Part shown: positions 1 to 13,700 of the stretch, one piece after another
How the letters are laid out: every line of letters begins with the position of its first letter
How positions within the stretch are numbered: the stretch's first letter is position 1
Assembly (NCBI GenBank): GCA_003344405.1
Contig: NOWV01000003.1
Coordinates: 496,001-560,000 of the forward strand
DNA: 64,000 bases
Direction: 5' to 3'
Source: Trichoplax sp. H2
Lineage: Eukaryota
The notes under the pieces: model-generated
What the model was told of the DNA's origin: nothing
The model's database searches: none
Seen by the model: the letters and a program-made list of their open reading frames with translations, nothing else
Position numbers and translations under genes: made by a program

Positions 1-497
1 TTCATAAAGACTCTCATCGTAACTCCTCTCTTAGAAATATCTGATGCAGATATATGCTCGTATGAGGAGAATTTCAGTAGAAAATACGAAGTCATCTTGG
101 TTCGTTATATATTGAGTCTTCACTCTTTATAAAGTTTATATCTATGTTTGCTCTTGTGTATGCTGTATATCTATATTTGTTCACGTCTACAGTTAGTGAA
201 GGCGCTATGCAATGCAATTGTTGTGATAATTTTCCAATTCTACAATAAACTACCTAATTTTTATGAGTATACATACGGACTGACGATGCAACGATAAAAT
301 GAAAATGTTTTGCGCTAAGCTGAAGACATTTGAGAAAATTTATCAAGATAATTTTAAGGTCAAATACTTTCATAGAAGACATAATAGTGGTAATACCAAT
401 TAAAATATGTTAAATTAAAACTGACGATATGATAATACGTATCGATATAAATATATATACAGTACATGTTTCGCAATTAACAGGGTATCGTACTCAC

Positions 498-3130
498 TCG
501 TAAATCGTCGTTTCATAGCATCTAAACCCACACTTGTTAACCAGTTTCCTACATCAGAAGGTGTCCATTGAATAAGAGGTTTATCTATGTTTAGTTTGGG
601 ACACTCTTGAGAAGAATCGCTAAATGGACTAACAGCCGAACGAAAAGGAGAGTAACTACTAGATTGGCTACCAGAACTTAAAGGACTTCCAATATTACTG
701 CGAACCGAAGCAGTATTTACAGTAGTATTAGCCTTTATTAGGTCTTGCTTTTCATTAGCAACATTTGCATCGATTTGTTCTGCTTTCTCAACCAATTGAG
801 ATGGTATAAGTGGGGGAGGGGAGGACGGTAATTTAGGTGGTACCATTGGATCATCAACTGAGTCTACAGTTTGATGCGACGGTAGCAACGATGGTACAAG
901 TGATTCTAAGTCCGGCGTCGGTTTTGACGATACATTATCACCTTCATTGTGAACTGAAGAGAAATTAGCATCCTCATTAGGATCAGCCTTGAATGACGGC
1001 TGATAATTGTTTTCCTCTATTTCAGTAGTTCCTTTGGAATGATGAGTGTCTGTGTTATGTTGTTGATGTATTTCTTCTTGCGGATCTTTCTTATCAAAAT
1101 GTTGAATATTATTATCTTGCGTTGTTGTCAAAGACTCCAAAGACGGCGATATAGATACTACTCCTTCGTGCTGCTGCAATTGATATTGATTTTTATTGTT
1201 TTCATCACCATTCATGATTATACTTTCATCAGCATTAATTTCATATGGTTGCTGTGAAGGCGAGTTCTCGAGATATATCTCGCTCGCTATCGGAGCTGCT
1301 GATTTATCTAAGTCCACGTTCTCACGATATTGTGCTCGTCTTTGAGACAGTCTCTCTAGTGAACTACCAGAATGAGATCGCGCATGATTTGCTAAATTTT
1401 TGTGATTATCATCATCATTAAAATGATGCTTTTGAGTTGATAATGTGAACGGTTTATAACGTCGTCGTAATTGCTTATTATCTGTACCAAGGTCGGATTG
1501 TGTTCGTAAGCGTAACAGATTACTAGAATTATTATTTCGTGTATTATCAGCTGAATTTCCTAGAGTCGGATTATCATGATTTGGTAGAGCTCGTAAATGA
1601 CTGTAATTTCGAGCTAATGATAGATCAGTTAATGGTGACGTTCGTAACTTATCTGCGAAAGTAGGCAATTGATTATTAGGGCGAAAATCATTCTTGGATT
1701 TATCTTCCTGATATTCATGACTTTCTTGGTCTGTCTTTAATCGATGAGATAATCTTAATGAATGCCGACCTATGCTTGATAGTCTAGGTAGATTGCCTGA
1801 GACGTTATCGTTGTCGTTGTCATGAAGACCGTCACGATCATTCGTAACTTGATAACCCTTTTTGCTTTGAAACGCCGGGGATGTTTCTAAATCGACATGG
1901 TAACATTTCGGAAGATATCAGTAAAGTAATTGTCTTTGCAAGTAAATAAAACGTTATGGTAGAAAGAAGAACAGCTAGCTCAGCTAAAATCATCCTTGTT
2001 TATGGGTTATGATGTCACAAATTCTTTATGAGATAATTTGGATATACCGTTATACTGTATCTAAATTGTACAGTAAATCCGAGTGAAACTGTTTAGCTGA
2101 ATCTGAGAACAAACTGGTTTTAAATGTCATACTGCTTTAGCTGAGTTGCTTGAGCACCACAAAGAAAAACGATGCATGGATGATTAATGTGTTCACGTCA
2201 ATTCGAGAATTCCATATAACCAAAAGATTCGATTCATAGTTGTTACATAACTATCAGTAATTTCGTAAAATGCTTACAAAAATTAAAAAGTTGATTTCAG
2301 TTGGCCAAATTAACAGTTATAAATAAGTAATAGCCTCACTGTGGTCCATAATTAATTAATAATAATTAATCGAAATACGTACATTACAGCCCTAAAATAC
2401 TACAGTACATGTTCTTGATTAAGAGTATTACTTTTGTCACCTGTTGCATTGCAGCATTTAGTTAATTCGTATATCTTTCTACGATAGATCAATTTTCGTT
2501 AAAACAAAACATTGCACTAAAAATTTGGACTCAATTTAGGACGATTTATTTTTCAAAGATTACATTAATGCCTTTTTATCAATCATGTTAATTATCAGCA
2601 GGCTGTTGGCCTGGAAACAATCGTTTTTTCAATCTAAACTTCATTTCTTGTATATGTTTATATATTTCACTTAATTTTATTGTGTTTATGGTAAAGTCTA
2701 TAACTTTTTCTGTGTGTGTCTGATTGTATAACTTGCAATTAATAAATACCAATATGACTAGTCTTACTATAGGCATGAAAATGAAACGTTTGAGGTATCT
2801 TCTAAACACTGGCTGTAGCTGCTGATTAGGCTGGATTAACAAAATTTTGAATACAATAGGCTGTTACTGATTGTATCATCCACTGCATGCTTTTCAAATC
2901 CGCTTACCGTTATCCTTATGGCGTTGAATAGATTGGATTAGATCGCGTACTTTAGGAGAATAACTGAGATGGCGTGACGATGATGGCTGAGGGTCATGAG
3001 TATTATCATTTATCTTATGACTGCCGTCATTTCGCTTTGGCGTTGATTTCAGTAAAGATGACGCTTGACGCCATGGGGGATCATCTTCACTAGTGGACGG
3101 ATGATTTGCCTTCTGTTTCGCAGACATCAT
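498..3130 (-). CDS. SAM-domain protein with a long low-complexity N-terminus; 5' part only, gene continues off the left edge
   Basis: Exon 3130-2908 (MMSAKQK...KDN, phase-1 donor G|GTAAGC) splices in frame to exon 1886-498 (acceptor TTAG|AA, donor GTGAGT at 497). The second exon ends in KPLIQWTPSDVGNWLTSVGLDAMKRRFT, a typical SAM-domain start (W..xDV..WL...GL), preceded by a Pro-rich PPKLPSSPPP stretch. Confidence 0.75.
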
Positions 3131-6104
3131 CGGTGCAGGAACAATCGAATCTAGTATGTTTTCAGTGATGATGAAAATATTAACTCATCAAATTAGTTAT
3201 CCTGATCTACAGTATATATTAATAGGAAAAAATTATCAACTGCCAACTGGTTACTTCTTAATTCAAATCTACCCTTATGCAATACAGTACCGTACTAATG
3301 TCATAGAAAAATATACAACGCTTCGTACACAAGCAATTTACCTTTACTGCGCAAAATTTAGGCGAAGGCAGCACAGGTGACTGAGCGTGCGTTAAAGTTC
3401 CTAATCTTATTAAAAAAGTTCTTCCTATCGTTCATCAATCGTTATGTACGTCTACTGCGCCAGGAGTGTGTCGCACTCGGAATAATAACGATAATTAATT
3501 TCTTATAATATGGCTGGACGAATTTTTTATTTTTATCTATTGTAACTTACAGAGTTCATAGAATGTGTGCATTATCCGTCATTTGTCTACTACCATACAT
3601 TAATCGTGGTTCTATTGATGATTATTCTACCCCGATTGTTTACTAGAATTAAAGAATAATTAATAAATTCTTGTACAACCTTTAACCAGCCCTACTATCA
3701 TTGGCTGAAATTGCATTTCTATTTGCGAAAGCAGTGTATAGAGCCACCCTCTCTAAATCAATAAATTAAAAATAATAACATAGAATCATCTTCTTTTAAT
3801 CATTATTGTCGTTCCCGTACAGCCTTGCATAAATACATAAAACCTTTTATTGAGAAAGTCTTTAGCTGTTCTTGTATGACATTAATGGAATAGCTCGTTC
3901 TGTCTCTGTAACTTAAATGGATCATCATACATACAAAGCGGAGAGAAAAAAAAACTGTATTAAGGATTAGAGATATTACTTACGAGCAACCTCCATCGAA
4001 GTAGTTAAAAACAGAATAAGAATTACGCTGATATCAATTATGAATAATATAATATCAAGGGCTTTCATAACAGTTTGAAAAATCAGTTTTGTGGATTGTA
4101 TATCATCATTTGACATTTCTAGTTTCCAAATTGTTTTATTATTATACCAGCGTCGATTTCTCTTCAAAATACGTAAACGAAATGTCAGGAAGTGCAAGGT
4201 ATATCATAGTGTAATTGATTACTATATTTTGAGGTTATCATTTTATTTTAAAATTAACTTCGAATCTAGTGAAAAATGGATCGAAGTAATTTATTAACTT
4301 CTGTCTTCCATACTTTATATGATGAATTTTATCGCGAAGCAAAAATAATCAAATGAAATAGTTCCGTCTACATATTGAAAAGCTACTATTATTTACAGTT
4401 TTATTCTTATACTGTTTTGATTACTGTGTCAGCGTCTTAAATAGCATTGTTGTTCATTTTACAAATCAGAAATATCTCCGTTATTACTAAACATGATTTA
4501 AAATGTAATAAATGAAGATCTAAATTATTTAATGTTAGGTAAGAAAAATCATATCATTGAGCATTCTCTGGGTAATCAATTACTATTTTATTTGCTCTCT
4601 CTCATCTCACCTACACGCAAGTATTCACTCTTGACTATATATTTGTAGTGAAGGATTGCAATGTAGCCCATGATGCATATTTTATAACTGAAATCTTTAA
4701 ATGCTGTAAATATTTTAAAGTTAACTTGTTTTGATACAATCTAATTTAGTTTAATTTAATCAATAAAGTAATAATTGAAGTCGATGCATATCTTTTAAGT
4801 ATGTATGAATACTTCTCATAAATACCGCGCTGAAAATGTCCTTGGTCTTATTATCTTTCATAAAAAGAGATTATACACGGTAAGGAAGTTAGTTAAGGAC
4901 TCCTTAATTCTAACTTGACACTTTGTTTATAATTATTGCATGGAGTATTTTATTCACTTATTTATTTTACACTAAAGCTCGTTTTGATTTATATGTGAAA
5001 GTAGAATAATTAATTTCAATTCTTAGTAGGATATTACAGTACCACAAATAAAAATATCGATATGTTCATCACTTTCATAAAATAAAATAACAAAAACCCA
5101 GTTAAATTTCCATTGTGTACAATATCTGCTTATTGATGTCGAAAATTTATTCACCGCTTGATATACTGAACTCCTTATGTTATACTCTGGTAAGTATACA
5201 GTATTATCGTTGTTTCAGAAAATTTTAATTTTTATTCGATCATTGTATTGTAATAAAACGGCTACTAATTAGCTAATTATCTTAATTGCAATCAAGTGAA
5301 TTAAATTTTATAATCTTTTATTGATATTAAATGTATACTAGTACTTCATGATAAATTAATACTAAATTAGAAGACCTATTATACACGTATATATATAATT
5401 ACTAATTTCATTAAATTAATAATACTTCAGGTTTTATCTAGAAATCTAAAAAAATCATTAAATCATTCATAAATAGAGAACGTTTTATTATTGTGCCTTT
5501 GAAAAAATATATGTACCTAGTATAATAACATGTCTTTCTACTTATAGACTATAGACGAGAGAGATAGCTGTTCAGAGAAGAGAGCTTTATTACCCTAAGT
5601 TAGTCGGGCACAAGATAGAGAGAGATATGCTGCTGCACAGAGAAAGGATTCTAAGTCTAATACGCTAACACACATATACATATATGTAATAGATTGTGAC
5701 CTAGTACGCTTCTAGTTGTATTACGTTATTGTTACGATTCTGCACGCATTATCATCATGATCTGCTGTATACTAGTGTACATGATTAGTAGATAAATGGG
5801 CAATGATATTACACCTAGTAGCTTGCATCAATTTTGTGAAGTATTTATCTACCAGTAGTAAATATAAAGAGGGAAAGTGACTTACGTATGAGTAATGTAG
5901 TATGATGTATACAAAATATATTTGTATGCTGTATAAACTTAGTAGTTGTTTTGAACGAGGCTATCGTTGATTAGTAGCCTTCAGGGTATATGCGTACAAG
6001 TGAATATTATAACCAATGATAGAGTTCTTAATCACTGTAGAGAACGTATTTACATGAACGTTGCTAAAAATATTACTTTACTGCATTTGTACGGTATTAT
6101 ATTA

Positions 6105-6355
6105 CAGAGGCTCAAAATTTGACTCGGCCGGATATGCGATGATCAGAATTTAGAACTTAAAAAGTCTTAACTCTTGTCAGTTACGTTCGATAGGGTCCAT
6201 TTATGGATCTGATTTCATGCAAAACACGTAAAAAATTTTTAAGACCGGACTCTGTTGAAATAACAACGGACCGTAAACTGCTACCGGACATTTCGGTCTG
6301 GCATCGATTTTCCGGCAATGACTGACTATCCGGACTCATCAGCTACACTTCTCTG
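6105..6355. mobile_element. Possible degenerate non-autonomous hAT-like element
   Basis: GC-enriched island in an AT-rich spacer. It begins CAGAGGCTCAAAATT, ends ...CTCTG, and carries several CCGGA/CGGAC motifs. The terminal match is only 5 bp and no TSD is visible. Confidence 0.25.
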
Positions 6356-6389
6356 CAGTTTAAAAACTTTGGTATAATAATTAAGTCTT

Positions 6390-6440
6390 GTACTGTACTG
6401 TACTGTACTGTACAGTACTGTATACCGTTCTGTACTGTAC
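6390..6440. repeat. (GTACW)n / TACAG pentamer tract upstream of IFT22
   Basis: gtactgtactgtactgtactgtacagtactgta... Confidence 0.9.
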
Positions 6441-6511
6441 GTTGGTGAAACTCTAGAGCATGGACTACTAAAAGAAAACCTTATTACACATGCACAGTTG
6501 CACACGCCTCT

Positions 6512-6525
6512 GTTACCAAGGTAAC
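6512..6525. promoter_or_regulatory. RFX X-box upstream of IFT22
   Basis: GTTACCAAGGTAAC, one mismatch from the palindrome GTTACCATGGTAAC, about 540 bp upstream of the ATG of a ciliary IFT-B gene. A weaker site, AGTACTATGGCAAC, lies at 6679-6692. Confidence 0.6.
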
Positions 6526-7067
6526 TTATGATCAATAGACTTATCAATCTGAATCTACTAGCTATTTGGTTCCGGTACACAGAAAAGACTATTATAATTA
6601 CTTCTTACTAATGGATTATTAGCTAGCGTTCTAGCTTCAGATAATGCTTAAATACTGGTGAACACATTGTTAGTTATCAGTACTATGGCAACCGCAATCT
6701 GCCTTTCCATTAACCCTTAAGTTACTATAACTGTATGAGGACATAGTGAAATGCGATACGAACTGTATGGCATAGGTAGACCGTAGATGTTATTATGTCA
6801 AGTTTCTCGTATTAGGATGAGAGAGTACAATTACTGTAACAGCTGCAATAATGTAATGTAGACTATGAAGCTACTGTGTTAGCGTTTGCACTTTAAGCAG
6901 CCCACAAACCATCGACAATTATAATCGTTCATATAGAAAGGTACAACTATTGCAAGTAACGACACATCACGCAAAATTATAGATATACAATTCAAAAAAT
7001 TCTAGTAATACTTTATAATCTGTCGCCTTCTCGACTAAACATTGCCACAATTCAACATTACTTGATT

Positions 7068-8540
7068 ATGTTCAAATCCAAAATATTGATGGTTGGACCG
7101 TGCGATGTAAGTACTAGTACTGTACTTGTACTGATTGTAAAAACAGTAACGAGTAATGAATTTAGATCATACTATGCCATCGTTTCCTTTACGTAAATAT
7201 CGTATGCGTTATAAAGAAATATTTAAATGACTTGGTTATGGGTTTTAGTTTATAATTCCTTCCCTTTCTTCACTATAAACTCAACATACTGTATGAATTG
7301 TTATGTATTTTAGAATCGCGTTAGGCTCATAATATTACGAGATATACAATCCCATTGATAATTGTTTTTAATCAGGGACTACAGATATACGAGTAATTTA
7401 ATATAATATATTCAAACGGTTTGCGACATATAGAGTGGGAAATCGGTCATAGCTAATTCCTTAGCCGAAGCAACAGATCTAACTGGGGGAAACTATCGAC
7501 CAACGAAAGGCGTAAGGTCAGTTTGGAAACTACAGTATATTCAACGTCTTGAATGATCGCAAATCATGTAATCTGAGCAATACCTTAATATACGTCATGA
7601 AGTACTGACTTATAAAAAGTTTCTAGATATAATGCATTTATCACGGTTAGTTATCTATAAGTTTAAAGTAATTTATATATATAGTATACTAAAATGATGA
7701 GAATAATCATAAAACATAAGTAAATGTTCGTGCAGGATATTGGAGTTTGAATGTAATGGCTTAAGAAATAGCTCAAATCGTACCCTTAAAGCTGATGTAG
7801 AGTTATGGGATTGTAGCGGAAATAGCGAGTGAGTCACTATTATTAGTGGTAATAATTCTACGAATATTATGATATTAGCGTGGACAGTTTATTCTGAAAG
7901 GTATACATCAACTATTTTACTGGTAGTTATGAAAGTTGTTGGCCGGCTATGTGGAAAGATACTCATGGAGTGATTATTGTGTATAATCCCGATAATCTGG
8001 ATCATAATGGAGAAATCAGTAAATGGTAACTATATAGGAAATGATAGTAACATCAGACATAGTGTTCCTACTATTTTTTAGTAGACCAATATCATAATTT
8101 ATATTAGTTCGATACAAATGAATCTTTATCCATCTTTGTATTTATCGCTAAGCATGTACAGGCACATAATTGCCATTAAGCGACTGCAGTTTTTATCATC
8201 TTGGGTTACTTTTTATCAGGTATACTCATTTCATTTCTCAGCAAGGCCTTCGCGACAGTCAGTGTATGCTATTCGCTCATCTTAAACCTGATGGGTCTAA
8301 ACAAGTCGTAGATTTGAGTAAGTTATGGATTGTTTAATTTAGAAAACTCTTGTATCTGATTTATTACATAATTATTTAACATATATAGCTGGATCTCTGT
8401 CAAGATTGAAATGTGTGCACACATCGATGGAAGATCGACCGGAGGTAATAAGACAAGAATTTAGGACCTTTTTGACTCATGTCTGGGAGGCATGGGCTGC
8501 CAAAAGGGATCAAGAAGAACTTAGTATAGTGAATAATTAA
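7068..8540 (+). CDS. IFT22: Intraflagellar transport protein 22 (RABL5), Rab-like GTPase
   Basis: Six GT-AG exons join in frame (7068-7106, 7434-7516, 7736-7828, 7927-8025, 8220-8317, 8389-8540): MFKSKILMVGPCDSGKSVIANSL...YRPTKGVRILEFE...VELWDCSG...YESCWPAMWKDTHGVIIVYN...QCMLFAH...RDQEELSIVNN*. These are IFT22 signature segments. Confidence 0.95.
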
Positions 8541-10777
8541 TGGCAAAGATCTTGTTAAAAAATATAACTCAGGATCTACTAAAATATAATATCGAACTGT
8601 ATTTTATGCAAAGAACTATCAAAATACAGACTATAACTACCAAGTATGCTAAAATATGCAATTGTGGCTGCAACCACAGCGTTTACATAAAAATACCGAT
8701 AAATTTAGCATATAGCAGTTGATATAAACGTTACGACCTCTTTACTATTTAAACCTTCATAGATTTATCTTCGTATGCTATTGTAAATCTAATCGCGTTA
8801 CAAATGCTGGTAACTAATTATAGCTGTAGATTAATAACATCTTAATTTAGTACTGCTGATGCGCTGATGAGTACTTGATAAATATAGTTCATGCTGCTTG
8901 ATCTTATCAACAGTAAAAGTGGCCTAACAAAGATGTTATCTATGAAATATATGTCAGAAAATGGAGTAAATTTTGCGCATTAGATACAAATGTACTCGTA
9001 CAAACGCTTCCTCTCATGACTTATAGCCTTCTGCATAGAGCGTCTTAATATTTTGGAATAGAAATCATCACACCTATTCATATGTACGAATGCACAGAAT
9101 AAAATACATAATATACAGTACGTGTATGTGATGGATATGAATTCTTCTCGTCAGACTTTTATTTACGATTAATATCATTTTAAAATGAGATTCTTATTAA
9201 TAAATAAAAATTTGTAACATTTCATGTGTATACGTATTCTATATAGTACTAGGATCAGCTTATGATGTTTTAAAGTTATCACTGTTTAAATGAGCAATAT
9301 TGAGTTAGTGTCTGAGGTGTAGCACGGCATTAGTAGTTGTCTACCTTTGGCTTTCAATTACTGAAAAAGCTAAATACAATGCATTTATAAAGATGTGGTG
9401 TCTTTTCAGAACATGTGGCCAGCTCCGGTGTGCAGATTCTGATACCACATTAAAACATGTTCATTTATGCATTGTTTTGTATTTACTGTAAATCCTTATC
9501 CACTCTAGATTTTGTATTGCTCTTTTATTGTACTGTTAGTAAAGTGTGCCTTGCCTAATGTTATTTTGTACCTGATTTTTTAATTTCCAAGAAAGTTCCG
9601 AGTCTGAAATATTGAACGATAGTAGGTATTAATAGCTAAGTATGTATATTGATTAACGGCTAAATGAATGTCAGCACAGGATTAGACTTCATTTCATTTA
9701 TTAGTACTCTATGCAGTACTTGTTAATACCTATATATTTAAATTGCTGATGTTAAAACGTTACGCATAATTTAATACACTTGCGTATTAAAGATTCATTT
9801 TTTAATAGTCCGTGATAAATTCATAATAACATTTTTAACACTTTCATGGTATTTATGCAACGATACACGGGTAAATAAAAATTCCCTAGTTGATTGTCGG
9901 CCATAAAACCAAAAGGATTCAGCATGTTAATAGTTATTAGAGGAACGATCGATTTGATCATGAATGTACATATCTGTAGTAAATACTTAATTCTTTATAC
10001 TTAAAACCTGCTTTTGTGAGGTTCGTACAGTTTAAACCTTTAAGTTTCTATTGTACTGTAGGTGATTAATATTTAAAGAGCGAGTAAATCAAACCGAACC
10101 GGTCAAGGTCTATATCTATATACAATAACATTGCTATCTAACAGGTCAGAAACATCGTTAAATTTGTAATCAAATCTTAAAAGCATCTTAAGGAATTCAA
10201 ATAACTATTTGATAATTAAGTTAAAAAAATACAATTTAAGAATGAAAAATTATAAAAAATATTATGAAGGATGGTTTCTGATCGGAAAGACATCAACAAA
10301 TTATGTCATTCATTACAATATGCAAGTTAAATAACCACTACTATACGTTACTGGTGATTTTAAGATGATGTTGCTTCGACTGCGTGATTAGCTTTGCAAA
10401 TTTCGTACAACTGCGTATGAAGTCGGAATAATTACTATACGATCCAATAATAACTCAGCAATATTCTTTACTTCTAATAACAGAAATGGCTTATTTTACG
10501 AAGGTACGACTAACATTTCTCATGATACCGTAAGTATCTGTATAAATTGCGCTTTATCAAATTAGTAATCATTGTAGCCAAGTAGCGACTTAATTGACAA
10601 GTCAACTTAAGTATAGAATACCACTAACAATCATGAAGTAATGTGAGTTTTACTTTCCAATAAGAACTGAGTATCATGTAGAAGTTTACAAGAACCATTA
10701 AGCTCTCAGACAGATACTACAAATGTATAAAAGGACGAATAAAATACTATAATTTGAATAATATTTATTTTCAACTT

Positions 10778-13700
10778 CTAGTATTCATGCGCGCTTTCCT
10801 TCTTATTCATAAAAGATTGAGACTTTCCGAAATTCCGAATGCCTGATGATGTTGAACTAGATTTATATAAATGCGATAGACTAGCATCCAAGGACTCTTT
10901 GAAAAAATTTAACTCATACTGGTGTCTCTGCTGCAATTCTTGTTGTCTTTCTAGCCTTAGCTGCTGCAAAGCCATACTTTCTTCCATTTTCTATAATTGT
11001 GATATTTATATTACAAAAATTAATCGCAACATTTCTTAAAATAGTATAGCATAAATGAGACTGACTCTGCTATCCATTTCTTTGCGTCTATTCGTAATTT
11101 TTTCTTCGCACTCCGTTCGTTCTTTTTCATTTTGTGTCTTCATTTGAATCATCATTCGACTCTGATAAGCGCTCAGCATTTCCTTTTCCTGTTGTAACAT
11201 CCTTTCTAATGCTTGCTGCTCAATTGTTTGAGATTCAGTTAACCTCGACTATTATCGAGAAATTAATTCTTATCAGGATATTGAATAATGACTTATCACA
11301 TAAATACAATCAACAGCCTATATATAATTCTCAAAATACGAGGCCATACCGCTTGCTCTTCTACAAGGTCTACAATAGTCTTATCGTACTGTTCCTCCAA
11401 TGCCGCCATTTTCCGATTTCTTTCTTCCTTAAGTTGTTTACTTATTTCTCTATGCTTCTCTCTCGGCTCCCTTTGTAATAGTTGTTTTTCGTACGATTTA
11501 AATTGGCGATTCTGGGTCTTGACCATATCAGCAAACTGTCTTTTTATGCGATCTTTTTGTGTCTGGAGGATTTAATAGTAATGTTAGAATTAATTTCAAG
11601 AAAGAGAAGGAAATTCACAAAAAGTCCTCCTACTTTTAAATTTCTAGGTTGTTGTCGCTGAGCTATTAGCTGTTTCTTTCGTTGTTCATTTCTTCTTTGC
11701 CGTTCATATTCATTTTCATTATCCCATTCTATTCTATGCTGTTTTTGCTGCTGTGCTAATCGTAAATCCTGAATTACTTTCATATGTTTCGACTCTGTAT
11801 CATTTATAATTTCAAGATGACGTTGCAACGTCTCATGAGACTGATCTTTTCTCTGCTGCATAAAATTAAGTTCCTAATGTTGCAAGTTTAGCGCTTTAGT
11901 ACTTATTAGTATATAAATCCTTACATACATATGATAATAATGTAAATAAGATTACTTTCATTCGTAAAATGAATCTCGCTTTGATTCTTACTACCTGCTG
12001 CAAGAGCTGCTTTTCTAGGTTGTGGTGGCACAATAATTGTTCCTTTCTGAATTGTCTAAGTTTGAGATCTGCACCATTTCGTAATTCTTGTAATTTACGT
12101 CTTTCGTCCTCGGATTGACGTTGCAAAACCTCATCTAATTTTTTGCGTTTCATAGTTTCTCTATCTTTACTACTACAGCTCATTTCATCCAATTCCTATC
12201 AAAATAACATCTTTTTCAGTATGATCTTAAGCTATAAAGAAATGACTTATAACAGCGATTGTCTTGTGAAATATGTAATACGAATGAATTAATTATTACC
12301 TTTTTTATTGAAGTTTTTATTATCTTAAAATCCGCTTTTTGTTGGCTATTAAACTGCTTCATTTCTTGTTCGTTCTTATCACGAACTGTTTTCCAATATT
12401 TCTTTTCTTCTGTTACACAAGCACGCAGCTGAATTGTTAAAAACATTAAATTTTGTTACTGTGAAATATGTAATATCGATGAATGTTAAGTATCAAACTA
12501 TTACATTTTGTTCCAAGTCTCCTTTGTGTTTATTTCTTATTCTTTCAAGTTCTCTTTCCGTTCCGTGTAAAAAGCTCTCATGATCCTTATCCAATTGCTT
12601 GATTTGTTCATGTAATTCAGATGTTAACTTCGCATTTAATGATTGCAGTTGATGTTGGTGTTGTTGTCTCATACGAGTATATATTAATAGCTGTTCTCTA
12701 TAGTTGTTGTGCGATGCATGCTCACGCCTTTCTCGTGATACAAAACTAATAGGTCTTATGGTAGCAAACCGATCTTGTCCAAGCAAATCTCGATCTTCAC
12801 TACTCTCATTCTCTCTAACAGGTTCATTCTACGTAATGAAATCATTATTGATAGTCAAATACTTTCAGCTAACGGCATTTTTAGTCAAATACGTTAACAA
12901 ATATTTAGTATAACTACGAACTAACCATAGATCTATCACTAATTTCTGCTATATTGCTTGATGATTGCGATGAATTATCGTCATCGCTATCATGGTCTAT
13001 GTGAGGCTAGAACATACAGGTTAAACAGAATTAATAATACTAAAATGAAAAAAACTCAAAGAAGTTCTATATCATTCAGGCTAATCTGTAATCGTTACCA
13101 TAGTTGGTCCATTTCTCTGTTGTTCCGTAGCGGGTTGAGAATTTATATTCGTCTGTTCGGATTCTTCTATGACAATCTTTTTTAGTCTTTTGTAGCTCAG
13201 ACTATCCATTGTTCTAACAGCTTCTTTTGTTCTTTGAATTAGGTTAAACAGGATATGTGCAGGCCTGTCTTGTGTTACAAATTCATGCTAATTTTCGTTT
13301 GTAATGAACATCTATTAGTTGCTGATAATTACAAATATTAATTCAATGAGTGTTGAGCGTTTTCGAAATTACTTACCTGCATTAAATCCTCAGTCGATGG
13401 TCTATCTTTAGCGTCTTTGTTAAGGCATTTTGCAACAAAAGATACGAAAGCTACAGACCTGGTATATTACATCATTAAAAATGAAACGGCATCATCTTTT
13501 ACGGCGTAGTTATATTATTAGTAGTTTACCTTATTATGAAAAGTAAATAACAGCGAAAAACTAACCATCTAGGGGATTCCTTCAGAGTTGGAGGATCATT
13601 CTGGGCTATATGATATAAAGCACTCATAGCATTCATATTTATCAGAGGGGGCTTTCTTTCAGCTAGAAAACATTTACCAAATTAAAGAGTATTTAATAAT

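Noticed and set aside
1039..1257. Antisense ORFs over real exons (also 11134, 23539, 61853, 62510, 63411)
   Set aside because: Shadow frames of coding sequence on the opposite strand.
5545..5660. Two imperfect AG-rich direct repeats with TAGACT/AGTCTA ends
   Set aside because: Low complexity, short termini, and no second copy in the window.
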